Below the pieces are notes generated by a model. The model made no database searches. It was not told where the DNA came from and was given only the letters and a program-made list of their open reading frames with translations. This document shows positions 18,782 through 27,578 of a stretch of DNA of 64,000 nt, piece by piece. Position numbers and translations under genes: made by a program. Origin of the DNA: a virus. The stretch's first letter is position 1. Every line of letters begins with the position of its first letter. The DNA lies in the IMG/VR virus record IMGVR_UViG_3300023210_000015, positions 45,229-109,228 of that record. One strand, 5' to 3'.

Positions 18782-21700
18782 ATGATTATTAAACATGCTA
18801 TTCGTTTAGTTGACGGAACTCTTGAGGCTCTGAATAAACCTGATTGGTATGAGTATAATATGAGTCGTGTTAAGTTTGCTTCTATCCAAAAAGATAAAAA
18901 TGATCTTGGTGGATTTGATTTAGAATCAGCAGTAAAAGAAAGTCCAGACTTTCTTTTTGTTAAAGTTTTTGCAATTAAAGAAGATGAAGTTAACGATAAT
19001 GGTGATGCATTTTCTAGTATGGAACTAAAAAAAGCGGCTAAAAGCTTTATCGGAGTTCCTATATTCACAAATCATCAAAACGATGATGTAGAGAAAGCAA
19101 AAGGACAATGTGTACACGCATGGTATGACAAAAATGCAGAAGGTATTTGGATTATATCAAAAATAGATAGAGTTGCTTATCCTCAATTAGCTCGTGGAAT
19201 AGAAGAAAAATATGTGGCAGGAACCAGCATGGGGGCCATGTCAGGTGACGCAGAAATTCTAATGTCTGATTATTCTAAGAAAAGAATTTCTGATGTAGAA
19301 ATAGGTGAAAAGGTTATTACACATTTAGGAAATTGCTGTAAGGTAGAAGAAGTACATAGTGATTTTATAGATGAGCATTTGTTAAAATTTGATTTAGGCA
19401 ATTTGGCCAATAGCCCATTGTTTACTCAAGACCATCCAATTTTTTCTATTAATGGAAAAACCATTCGAGAGCAGAAGAAAAATAATAAAGATTGGAGATC
19501 GTACCCATATGATTGTATTTTTAGAGAAGCAAAAGATTTGAAACTTGGTGATTACGTTCTTATACCATCTGCTCATAAAATGGTTAAAGAAAATGAATTC
19601 GATTTAGATTTTTATTATCTTCTAGGGGCATTTGCTGGTGATGGTTACATAAAATTTAACAGAGGAAAAATAGAAGGTTTTGGTTTCTGTTTTGGCAATC
19701 AAGATATTGCTTTAATAAGTAAAATTAAAAACATTTTAAGTCAATATACTGATTTTGATATCAAAGAAAAAATTATTGAATCAAGAAATGGTGTTTACCT
19801 TTCTATATATGACAGAAAATTAGCTAATAAATTAAACACTTTAATTGGGCATGGAGCGTATACTAAACGAATAAAAATTAAAGAATTTAGCGAAAATGCT
19901 ATTAAGCAATTTATATCTGGCTATATAGATACAGACGGTTGTTCAGTTAAAGATTATACAGATTGTAAAAATGATATTAGAGGTTTTCAAATTTCTAGTT
20001 GTAATAAAAACTTATTAGAAAGCGTTCGATCTATGCTCGTTTTGATTGGTTGTCCCGCCGGAATCATGACCAATATTAGAAAACCCAATAAAAATAGTGT
20101 AGTGGATATCGAAACCATAGAACATACTTTATTTATAAACTTGTTTACTTCTTCTAGGTTTAAAAACTCCATAAAGGTTGCCCAAAAATTAAATGGATAT
20201 GAAGCTTCTTATTGTAATACTCCTAACATGATTTATCGAGTAGGAGATCAAAATTATATTGCGGCAAGAATTAAGGGCGTAATTTTAGTTGATAATTACG
20301 ATAATGAAGTTTATGATTTGACTGTTGAAAAAGATGCTAGTTATATCGCTAATAATATAGCTGTTCACAATTGTTCTGTAGAATACTCTGTATGTTCGAT
20401 ATGCCACAACAAAGCTCATACTGCTGATGAGTATTGTGATCACATCAAAAACCACAAAACCAGAAAAGTAAGCGAAACTACAGAATGTCAATATCATAAA
20501 AGTCCAAACAAACCAATAGATGATTGTCCAGTTTGCGGCAAAAAACACAATGAATCTAAGAAATTATCACACAAAGAAGCCCAGGTATTTGAGTGGAACT
20601 ACGATGTAAAGTTTATCGAAGATTCTTTTGTTGTAAATCCTGCATGTCACACTTGCAATGTGAATGGGATTTTGAATCCTAATGGCATGAATAGAAAAGT
20701 GGCTACTATTAGAGATAGGATTGGAAAATTGGAAAAAGCAGCAAGTTCTGAAAATGATTGGTGTTTGGAAAAAACTGCTGGCGAAAGAGAACTGAAATAC
20801 TTGACTGATGCAATGGATAAAATAGAAACCGTGGCTAAAAGCATGATGAGTCAAAAGAAACAGATTTCTATGGAGTATGTAAGTGATTTAGTTGATGTTT
20901 TAGCCAGTGTACAGGCTACTTTGGATGAATTGGAAGAAATGGGATATGCTCAACTTCCGTCTCCAAGTGTACAGTCTGTTGAAGATGTCGAACTTCCGAA
21001 AGAAGCGGAAGAAGAGACAGAAATACAACCACAATCTCAAGCGGTTCAACCTCTAAATGCGGCCCCAACTATTCCACCGGCAGGACAACCACCAGTACAA
21101 CAGGTCGCTCCGGGAATTGAGAGCGAACAATTGGGAGATTTAGGGAGCGTAACTCGACCTAAGTTCTCTGAAACAATCGAGATAAAAAAGAAGGATTTTC
21201 TGAGAGCTTCCAGTAGTATTATAGATAGACTTGATAAAATTCAGGAAAATTATACAAAATTAGAAAAAAACTCTGAAGCTAATCAAACAAAAATAGATAA
21301 GGAGTCTATTACTATGGCAAATAAAACAGGTAACGACCAAAATGAAAATGAAAAAGTAGCAGAACATGATCTAAATGTTATTACAGAAAAGCAGTTAGAT
21401 GATGCCGAATTCACTGGTGAACGTACAAATGATTCTCCTAACGTCATCACTGAAAAGCAACTAGATAACCCTAAAGATGTCAATGTAACCACTTCTAAGA
21501 CTCCACAGGAGCGTTCTGGTTCTTATGACGTTATCACAGAAAAGCAACTGGCTTCTATTAAGGAAGGTTATGTCGTGCGTTGGAATGATTTCCCCAACGT
21601 AATCACTGAAAAACAGTGGACAGACATGAGCAGATTGCTTGGTTCTGAACTTTCCAATGACCAAAGTAACCGTATTACTGAGAAACAGTTAACTGATTTT

Positions 21701-24700
21701 ATGTCTAAGCATAAATACGTTAGTCCTACTGTTATCTATGAGAAACTTTTGAATGGTCAAGATGGAGAGTTGGCTCGTTGGGCTTCGGCGGATACCAATA
21801 CTTTGGTTAAAATCGCTGAAAATGTCATTGCTGACGCGATTGCGTATTATGGCAAGACACCTGATGAGATCAGAAAAGCTGCTTCTACCATTGATAACAA
21901 CGGTAATAATCAAGAAAAAGCGGCTTTCCTAGTCGTTATCAACTCTTTAGCTCATAAAGCAGATGCTCGTGAAAGCGAAAGAGTCCGTTACAACTATCTA
22001 AGTAAACTATCTTCTTCTGCGATTAATACTCCTTCGGCTGTTGATGCGTTGGTAATCGCTATGAGCGACAATATCGCTGATCAAGATGCCTTTGAATTAA
22101 TTGAAGTTGTTAATCATGTAGCCAAATCTAAAGTGGCTATTAAGAGAATCGAAGCCATCGCCAAGTCTAAGTTGTCTGGCGAAGGCGAAGATAAGAAGGT
22201 TGTTAGCAAACAAGCAGCTATCGAAGAGGCAATTGCCAATTTGAATAAAGCTGATGATGGTAAATACCGTATCGTTGCTAATTTCGGCAGCGAAAATGAT
22301 AAAGACGTTGACCTCCATGTGAGTCCTGAGAACAAAACGGCGTTTACAAGTGCTGTTTATAAATTTGCCAACGACGCAATCGCAGAAGAAGTTGGCACTG
22401 AAGTAGATACCGCACTTCTAGATGTTAATGTAGATAGCGGCAATAATGTTGTTGTTGCTACTCTGAAAGATGTTTCTGTTCTTACGGACGAAGAGAAAAC
22501 GAGTTGGGATAAGGTGGCACAGAGTTTACAAAGTCTTGTTGAAGACCCCACTAAGCCATCTCGTAGTTTCCTTCCAGATGCTGAGACACCGCTAGCTAAA
22601 GAAGGACTAGATATCCTTCCGGAACCCGGTGAAGAAGAATTAGCAATTGGTGTTGACGATATAGACCTAGAGGGTGTAGACCTAGATTTGGAACTTGACG
22701 TAAGTGGTGCCCCTGGCAGTCTTAATGAGGAACTGTTCGAAGGTGAAGGAAAAGACATGCTCATGGGCGATGAAGAAGTTATTAAAGATATGTCCATGGG
22801 AACTGAAGACGAAATGGCACTTGACATTGAAGATGCTCGCGGCGGTCCAGTTTTTGCTTCTAGAAAAGACAAACGTGATGGAATGGTTAAAGAAGCACAG
22901 CTACTTGGCGGCGAAATGGGCGGTCAAGGCGGTGCGGCTCAAGGTCCAGGTGCCGGTGCAGGACTGCCTCAACCTCCTGCTGGCGGCGAAGCTCCATTGG
23001 AGAGTTTCGAAGGTTCTGACCTTGGTGGCGAATTTGAGGACGAGGGTGATTTACAACCTAAACCACCTGGCTCGATTTGTCCAGTTTGCAGTAGCGAGAA
23101 TGTAGATATCATCAAGGGCGAGGGCAAATGTAATAACTGTACTTCTGAATTTAAGTACAAAGTTGCTATTGAGGTTACAAAGTGGGCTGATCTGCTTGAA
23201 GACCAAGATAATGGCGACGAGGAAGAAGATATTGAGGGCGAAGGCTTCGAAATCGAAGAAACACCTGAAGCTGCTGCCCCTCCTGCTGCTCCTGCCCCTC
23301 CTGCCGCTGCTCCTGCTCCTGCCCCAATGCCTGGTGCAGCAAGCACTGATAATGACAAAATACAAAAATTCGCAAGCGTTGACAGATTTGCGTCAATGAC
23401 TGTTATCAAACCAGAAGCTATTAAGGTTGCTAAAGAAGCTGGCATTGAGCTAGGTACTGTTAGCCCTGTAACTGGTTCTGCAAATACTATGAAATTGGAA
23501 GATGGAAGACGTTTCTGCTTGGATACGGGTACTCCTTATTCTGTAGAATATGCAGTTGATAAAAATGATCCTAAGAAAGTATATGCTCAGTGGTCTTGGA
23601 AGCCTCCAGTTGATGAAGGATGTTCGGAATGTGCGAAGAGTCATCAACAGTTCGTTGAGTCTCTAAGTACAATGAACATTACAGAAGATCAGTTCGATTC
23701 TATGGGACTGAAAGAGAAGGGCGAAACTATTTTGAGCATGAAACAAGCTGGATTGCTTAAACAGATTAAAACCGCTTCTGCGGAAACAAACAATATGATT
23801 AAGAAAGCAACAGTTACCTTGGGCGATAATTTCCCAATGGAATCTTGTGTTGAAAAACTAGCTCGTCGTTATGGCGAAGACGCATTGGCATTAAGTGGCC
23901 CTTGTGAGGGTAAGCCTCTTGCTGATTGCATCTGTGCTTCGCTTAAACGTTCTGGCATGTACTCTAGTAGGTTGGCTAATAAGGTCGCCAGCATCTGGTC
24001 TGATAAAGAAGCTTCCACCGAATGCCTAGAAGATTATGTAAGAATGGGATTCGAGTTGAAGGAAGCCGCTGCTGTTTGCCAAGCTTTGAAGACCAAGTAT
24101 GCGTCTCCTAAAGATGTATACGCACAGCAGTTAGGCGAAATCATCGAACAGGACGAAGAAGTTGATGTTCCTGTTGCTGATGATGAAGTCGGAGTAACAG
24201 ACTTGGGTGATGAAGACCCATTTGATGGAGAAGAGGTCGAAGGTGCTGGCGATGTGACAATTACATTGCCTGGCGAGGTTGTAGAGCAGCTTGACGCGGC
24301 TCTAGATACTGCTTTGGGCGAAACTCCAGAAGAAGAGGCTCATCACGAAGAGGGTATTGATGTTACAGAAGACGTAGGTGGACCGGCTGAAGAGGCCGTT
24401 GATGTTGCAGAAGGAGCAGAAGAGATGGTGCCAATGGAAGGCGGCGAAGTCGGCGAAAGCAAAGACATGGGTGGCGAAGTTGTTGAAATCGGCATCGAAG
24501 ACGGTGGAGAAGAAGTTGGTGGCATCGGTGAAGTTGGCGAAGTTGTAGAAGACGAAGTTGGCGAAGTTGTAGAAGACGAGGGTGAAATTGGTGGCGATAT
24601 CGGCGAAGATATCGCTGACGAAACAGCGGCCCCACAGGGGTTGGCTGAAGTAGTTGAAGAGGTTGTAGAAGCTGTAGAAGAAGCTGTAGAAAAGGTTAAA

Positions 24701-25972
24701 GAAATTATTGACGAAAAAAATGGTGTTGAAGAAGAAGGAATTTTAGAAGAAGATGAGAATAGTGAAGGAAATGACCTCCCAGGAGTTTTGAATCCTGAAG
24801 AAACTGATGTTGAAGTTGAGAAGGAAGGGGAGGAAGAGGAAACCGAAATGGACTTTGAAGAAAAGGAAGCTGCCATCATGAATAGAAATTACATCGGCAG
24901 AACTGACGAAATTGCTCATCTTGATTTTTCCAAGTTAGCCAGTGTTATTAAGGGTGCTGACACAATCAAGATTAAGCCTGCTCAAGACGTTGTTCCTTTC
25001 CAATATAGTGCTACAAGCACAATTGGCGATGAAGACGCTTTCACCGCTGACAAAGCAACTGCTCCCCATAAGGGTGATGCGGCTGCTATAGGAAATGAAG
25101 AACCTCCAAAGGCTGAAAAAGCAAGCGCTCCTACTTCCGACGCTCGTATGAGCGGAGAAAAAGATAATACTGATCTAAAACCAGAACTTGATGATGTCGC
25201 TACTGGCGGCGAAGAGGGTGCTGGTACTTCAAAGGCCGCTTCTACAAAAGAAAGAATTTCCAATTTGGCTGACGCAATCATCAAAGCTCAAGCTAATATC
25301 GAAGCTCAGACAAAAGTGAAAAGGAAATTCGTTCAAGACGATGAAGACACAAAGCCTTATTCTGGCGACAGTTTTATAGGCAATGAAAAAGAATCCATCG
25401 GTGATGTTCCTGCTGCCAAGCCTGCAATCGAGCAGAAGGTTCCAACCGATCAAGCCTTTATTGGCAATGAAAAAGAATCTATTGGCGAAAAGCCAAGTGA
25501 TGCCGACATGCCTGACATCCCAACAAAGGATAGCAGAATTGACGGCGAAAAAGATAATGAAAAAATCGCTCCTGAAAAGGACGATGAAATGACGGGCGAC
25601 GTTACAAATGGTGGCGTAAACGCGGAGTCTCACACTCATAGAAAAGAAGCAACTCGCGTTGCTGGTCGCATGCTTCAAGCTGGCAAGATTAGCATTGAAG
25701 ACTTAGCAACCAAGATCGCAGAGTTAGAACGCTATGAGAGTGGAACACTCAATGATATTGAGAACTCCATCTTTGATGAAAAGGGACTTAACACGCAATC
25801 CGAGGGGTTAGAGCAAGCCCCTGTAGTATCCGAAGACAGCAATCAGATAAAGGTTGCCAATTCGCAAGACGAGTTGGCTAAACAATTAACTGGTATGTTT
25901 AGTCTTTCTAGGAGAAACGAAGCTGCTCAAGAGGATTCCGATATCCAATTAAGGAAAGATTATGGTAGGTAA
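18782..25972 (+). CDS. prohead (capsid maturation) protease with an intein, fused to a large acidic scaffold/core region
   Basis: N.NGDAF, FIG.PIF.NH, GTSMG|C.V....CSIC and FIEDSFV..PA motifs; sits between portal and decoration/MCP genes. Confidence 0.85.
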   Translation: MIIKHAIRLVDGTLEALNKPDWYEYNMSRVKFASIQKDKNDLGGFDLESAVKESPDFLFVKVFAIKEDEVNDNGDAFSSMELKKAAKSFIGVPIFTNHQNDDVEKAKGQCVHAWYDKNAEGIWIISKIDRVAYPQLARGIEEKYVAGTSMGAMSGDAEILMSDYSKKRISDVEIGEKVITHLGNCCKVEEVHSDFIDEHLLKFDLGNLANSPLFTQDHPIFSINGKTIREQKKNNKDWRSYPYDCIFREAKDLKLGDYVLIPSAHKMVKENEFDLDFYYLLGAFAGDGYIKFNRGKIEGFGFCFGNQDIALISKIKNILSQYTDFDIKEKIIESRNGVYLSIYDRKLANKLNTLIGHGAYTKRIKIKEFSENAIKQFISGYIDTDGCSVKDYTDCKNDIRGFQISSCNKNLLESVRSMLVLIGCPAGIMTNIRKPNKNSVVDIETIEHTLFINLFTSSRFKNSIKVAQKLNGYEASYCNTPNMIYRVGDQNYIAARIKGVILVDNYDNEVYDLTVEKDASYIANNIAVHNCSVEYSVCSICHNKAHTADEYCDHIKNHKTRKVSETTECQYHKSPNKPIDDCPVCGKKHNESKKLSHKEAQVFEWNYDVKFIEDSFVVNPACHTCNVNGILNPNGMNRKVATIRDRIGKLEKAASSENDWCLEKTAGERELKYLTDAMDKIETVAKSMMSQKKQISMEYVSDLVDVLASVQATLDELEEMGYAQLPSPSVQSVEDVELPKEAEEETEIQPQSQAVQPLNAAPTIPPAGQPPVQQVAPGIESEQLGDLGSVTRPKFSETIEIKKKDFLRASSSIIDRLDKIQENYTKLEKNSEANQTKIDKESITMANKTGNDQNENEKVAEHDLNVITEKQLDDAEFTGERTNDSPNVITEKQLDNPKDVNVTTSKTPQERSGSYDVITEKQLASIKEGYVVRWNDFPNVITEKQWTDMSRLLGSELSNDQSNRITEKQLTDFMSKHKYVSPTVIYEKLLNGQDGELARWASADTNTLVKIAENVIADAIAYYGKTPDEIRKAASTIDNNGNNQEKAAFLVVINSLAHKADARESERVRYNYLSKLSSSAINTPSAVDALVIAMSDNIADQDAFELIEVVNHVAKSKVAIKRIEAIAKSKLSGEGEDKKVVSKQAAIEEAIANLNKADDGKYRIVANFGSENDKDVDLHVSPENKTAFTSAVYKFANDAIAEEVGTEVDTALLDVNVDSGNNVVVATLKDVSVLTDEEKTSWDKVAQSLQSLVEDPTKPSRSFLPDAETPLAKEGLDILPEPGEEELAIGVDDIDLEGVDLDLELDVSGAPGSLNEELFEGEGKDMLMGDEEVIKDMSMGTEDEMALDIEDARGGPVFASRKDKRDGMVKEAQLLGGEMGGQGGAAQGPGAGAGLPQPPAGGEAPLESFEGSDLGGEFEDEGDLQPKPPGSICPVCSSENVDIIKGEGKCNNCTSEFKYKVAIEVTKWADLLEDQDNGDEEEDIEGEGFEIEETPEAAAPPAAPAPPAAAPAPAPMPGAASTDNDKIQKFASVDRFASMTVIKPEAIKVAKEAGIELGTVSPVTGSANTMKLEDGRRFCLDTGTPYSVEYAVDKNDPKKVYAQWSWKPPVDEGCSECAKSHQQFVESLSTMNITEDQFDSMGLKEKGETILSMKQAGLLKQIKTASAETNNMIKKATVTLGDNFPMESCVEKLARRYGEDALALSGPCEGKPLADCICASLKRSGMYSSRLANKVASIWSDKEASTECLEDYVRMGFELKEAAAVCQALKTKYASPKDVYAQQLGEIIEQDEEVDVPVADDEVGVTDLGDEDPFDGEEVEGAGDVTITLPGEVVEQLDAALDTALGETPEEEAHHEEGIDVTEDVGGPAEEAVDVAEGAEEMVPMEGGEVGESKDMGGEVVEIGIEDGGEEVGGIGEVGEVVEDEVGEVVEDEGEIGGDIGEDIADETAAPQGLAEVVEEVVEAVEEAVEKVKEIIDEKNGVEEEGILEEDENSEGNDLPGVLNPEETDVEVEKEGEEEETEMDFEEKEAAIMNRNYIGRTDEIAHLDFSKLASVIKGADTIKIKPAQDVVPFQYSATSTIGDEDAFTADKATAPHKGDAAAIGNEEPPKAEKASAPTSDARMSGEKDNTDLKPELDDVATGGEEGAGTSKAASTKERISNLADAIIKAQANIEAQTKVKRKFVQDDEDTKPYSGDSFIGNEKESIGDVPAAKPAIEQKVPTDQAFIGNEKESIGEKPSDADMPDIPTKDSRIDGEKDNEKIAPEKDDEMTGDVTNGGVNAESHTHRKEATRVAGRMLQAGKISIEDLATKIAELERYESGTLNDIENSIFDEKGLNTQSEGLEQAPVVSEDSNQIKVANSQDELAKQLTGMFSLSRRNEAAQEDSDIQLRKDYGR
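19235..20371 (+). mobile_element. Ala1 intein with LAGLIDADG endonuclease in the protease (379 aa)
   Basis: SMG|AMSGDAEILMSD; block B FTQDHPIF; LLGAFAGDG and FISGYIDTDG; ends VYDLTV...IAVHN|C. Confidence 0.9.
21314..25972 (+). CDS. putative nested in-frame scaffold/core protein (MANKTGND...)
   Basis: TAAGGAG 9 nt before an in-frame ATG; AAGGATTTT promoter-like box at 21191. Confidence 0.5.
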   Translation: MANKTGNDQNENEKVAEHDLNVITEKQLDDAEFTGERTNDSPNVITEKQLDNPKDVNVTTSKTPQERSGSYDVITEKQLASIKEGYVVRWNDFPNVITEKQWTDMSRLLGSELSNDQSNRITEKQLTDFMSKHKYVSPTVIYEKLLNGQDGELARWASADTNTLVKIAENVIADAIAYYGKTPDEIRKAASTIDNNGNNQEKAAFLVVINSLAHKADARESERVRYNYLSKLSSSAINTPSAVDALVIAMSDNIADQDAFELIEVVNHVAKSKVAIKRIEAIAKSKLSGEGEDKKVVSKQAAIEEAIANLNKADDGKYRIVANFGSENDKDVDLHVSPENKTAFTSAVYKFANDAIAEEVGTEVDTALLDVNVDSGNNVVVATLKDVSVLTDEEKTSWDKVAQSLQSLVEDPTKPSRSFLPDAETPLAKEGLDILPEPGEEELAIGVDDIDLEGVDLDLELDVSGAPGSLNEELFEGEGKDMLMGDEEVIKDMSMGTEDEMALDIEDARGGPVFASRKDKRDGMVKEAQLLGGEMGGQGGAAQGPGAGAGLPQPPAGGEAPLESFEGSDLGGEFEDEGDLQPKPPGSICPVCSSENVDIIKGEGKCNNCTSEFKYKVAIEVTKWADLLEDQDNGDEEEDIEGEGFEIEETPEAAAPPAAPAPPAAAPAPAPMPGAASTDNDKIQKFASVDRFASMTVIKPEAIKVAKEAGIELGTVSPVTGSANTMKLEDGRRFCLDTGTPYSVEYAVDKNDPKKVYAQWSWKPPVDEGCSECAKSHQQFVESLSTMNITEDQFDSMGLKEKGETILSMKQAGLLKQIKTASAETNNMIKKATVTLGDNFPMESCVEKLARRYGEDALALSGPCEGKPLADCICASLKRSGMYSSRLANKVASIWSDKEASTECLEDYVRMGFELKEAAAVCQALKTKYASPKDVYAQQLGEIIEQDEEVDVPVADDEVGVTDLGDEDPFDGEEVEGAGDVTITLPGEVVEQLDAALDTALGETPEEEAHHEEGIDVTEDVGGPAEEAVDVAEGAEEMVPMEGGEVGESKDMGGEVVEIGIEDGGEEVGGIGEVGEVVEDEVGEVVEDEGEIGGDIGEDIADETAAPQGLAEVVEEVVEAVEEAVEKVKEIIDEKNGVEEEGILEEDENSEGNDLPGVLNPEETDVEVEKEGEEEETEMDFEEKEAAIMNRNYIGRTDEIAHLDFSKLASVIKGADTIKIKPAQDVVPFQYSATSTIGDEDAFTADKATAPHKGDAAAIGNEEPPKAEKASAPTSDARMSGEKDNTDLKPELDDVATGGEEGAGTSKAASTKERISNLADAIIKAQANIEAQTKVKRKFVQDDEDTKPYSGDSFIGNEKESIGDVPAAKPAIEQKVPTDQAFIGNEKESIGEKPSDADMPDIPTKDSRIDGEKDNEKIAPEKDDEMTGDVTNGGVNAESHTHRKEATRVAGRMLQAGKISIEDLATKIAELERYESGTLNDIENSIFDEKGLNTQSEGLEQAPVVSEDSNQIKVANSQDELAKQLTGMFSLSRRNEAAQEDSDIQLRKDYGR

Positions 25973-25985
25973 TGGAGAATAAATT

Positions 25986-26534
25986 ATGGCTCTTATAGAA
26001 ATTTACCACGTTGTTGCAGACATGTATGATGTTGACCCAGACTGGACCAATGCAGAAGCTATTATCGAGGGGCAGTGGGTTGCACTCGAAAGCGTCTCTG
26101 GTTCAATTTACGCGAAACGCGCTGATGGTACTGATGAGAGAATCATCGGTATTGCTGGCGATACTATGTCGAACACAACCTCCGGTACCCCGTATGCTAC
26201 TGCTGTATTGGTTAACCCTGCTGGTAATACTCGCCAGACTGAGAACCGTGTTTCTGATATGTTCAATGAGACATTGGCTTCTGGCAAGATTACAGTTTAC
26301 AACGCTGGCGGCAAGTTCGCCACCGACCAGGTCCGCTCCGGTGTGACCTTTACAGTCGGTCAAGCATTGTACTGTGATGCCGCAGGTAATACTACTAATG
26401 CAGATGCTGGTAACGCTCAAATCGTGGGTATATGTGTTGACCCCGTTTCTGCGTACCCAAGTGGTGTTCCGGGCACAGACGTAGAAGGTTCGATTAGCTT
26501 AGGCAACTATCTAACGATCCTCATCCAACACTAA
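25986..26534 (+). CDS. head decoration/cement protein
   Basis: Directly upstream of the MCP; Gly-rich beta pattern SGKITVY...G.FATDQ...GQALY...G....IVG. Confidence 0.72.
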   Translation: MALIEIYHVVADMYDVDPDWTNAEAIIEGQWVALESVSGSIYAKRADGTDERIIGIAGDTMSNTTSGTPYATAVLVNPAGNTRQTENRVSDMFNETLASGKITVYNAGGKFATDQVRSGVTFTVGQALYCDAAGNTTNADAGNAQIVGICVDPVSAYPSGVPGTDVEGSISLGNYLTILIQH

Positions 26535-26620
26535 AAACAGGATAACTTAAGTCCCTTTGTTCTATAGTTTTAGGGTTTATGAGAATTAACGCCTAAAAGA
26601 TAGAAAAACAGGAGAATAAA

Positions 26621-27490
26621 ATGATTACTAAGAATGGTTTAACAAACGAAGACAAGCTAGCAGTTATTGAAGCTGCTTTGAATACTGATGAAGGTCGTGT
26701 CGCCCTTGCGCAAGCAATTGTCGAGCCAATTCGCCGTTCTTTGGAATACCAGGCCGTTGGTCGTAAGCTTATTATGGTCGACGAACTACCTCAAGGCGCT
26801 CTCGCTCGTTACGAGAGAGACGTTGCCGCAATCGCTCATGTGATTTCTCGTCGTGGTGCTGTTCCCGACCAGATTCAAGAAGGCGAAGAGGTCTTGGTTC
26901 CAACGTTCGAAATCGCCGCTCACCCAACTGTACGTTTGAGTGAAATCAAAGCTCGTCGTTTCTACATTGTAGATAGAGCGCAGATTAAGGCAAAAGAGGC
27001 TATTCAAAAAGAGGAAGATACCAATATTTTCAACGCATTGATCGCTGCTGCCACTAACCGTGGTACGCAAGTTGTTGTCAACGTTGGAGCTTTGAGTATC
27101 AACTCGTTGAACACGGCGTATCGTCTGATCGAACAGCATGACCTAGTTGCAACAAAGGTCGTTCTGCACGCGAATCAGTTTGCTACAATCCGTATCTTTG
27201 GCAAAGATTTCTACGATGAGGCAACTCAGCGTGAAATCATCACAACTGGCCTTTACGGTCACTTGTGGACTGCCGATATCCACGTTTCCAGTCGTATGGA
27301 CACGGATACGGTCCTCGTTGTTGCCTCGCCTGACACAGTGGGTGCGTTCCCCATCCGTCAGGATATTACAGTTCTTCCCGCCGATGATCCCAAGAAATTG
27401 CGTCTTGGCTGGGTGATCTATGAAGAGGTTGGCATCGTTGTGTTGAACGATTACGCTCTAAGCATAATCGAAGTATCAACAGCTAGCTAA
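26621..27490 (+). CDS. major capsid protein (HK97 fold)
   Basis: Strong RBS, biased codon usage and a downstream terminator; motifs EPIRR.L.Y..VGRK...VDELPQG, V.VPTFEI...P, GLYGHLW, GWVIYEEVG. Confidence 0.9.
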   Translation: MITKNGLTNEDKLAVIEAALNTDEGRVALAQAIVEPIRRSLEYQAVGRKLIMVDELPQGALARYERDVAAIAHVISRRGAVPDQIQEGEEVLVPTFEIAAHPTVRLSEIKARRFYIVDRAQIKAKEAIQKEEDTNIFNALIAAATNRGTQVVVNVGALSINSLNTAYRLIEQHDLVATKVVLHANQFATIRIFGKDFYDEATQREIITTGLYGHLWTADIHVSSRMDTDTVLVVASPDTVGAFPIRQDITVLPADDPKKLRLGWVIYEEVGIVVLNDYALSIIEVSTAS

Positions 27491-27505
27491 TTAGTACAGA
27501 CTAAA

Positions 27506-27542
27506 ATAAAAAGGCAGTTTTTTATAAACTGCCTTTTTATTT
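27506..27542 (+). terminator. intrinsic terminator after the MCP (potentially bidirectional)
   Basis: ATAAAAAGGCAGTTT-tttat-AAACTGCCTTTTTAT, a perfect 15-bp inverted repeat. Confidence 0.88.
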
Positions 27543-27578
27543 ACTATAATGTCATACACGAAGATGTTGGAATAGAGA

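Noticed and set aside
24736-24850. Second internal promoter and start in the scaffold gene
   Set aside because: It fits AGGA-N17-GAAT, but lies in a GAA-rich poly-Glu tract where such matches arise easily by chance.
22357-25678. Minus-strand Ser/Phe-rich ORFs
   Set aside because: Antisense shadows of Glu/Asp/Lys-rich codons in the scaffold gene. The same applies to most short minus-strand ORFs in the track.
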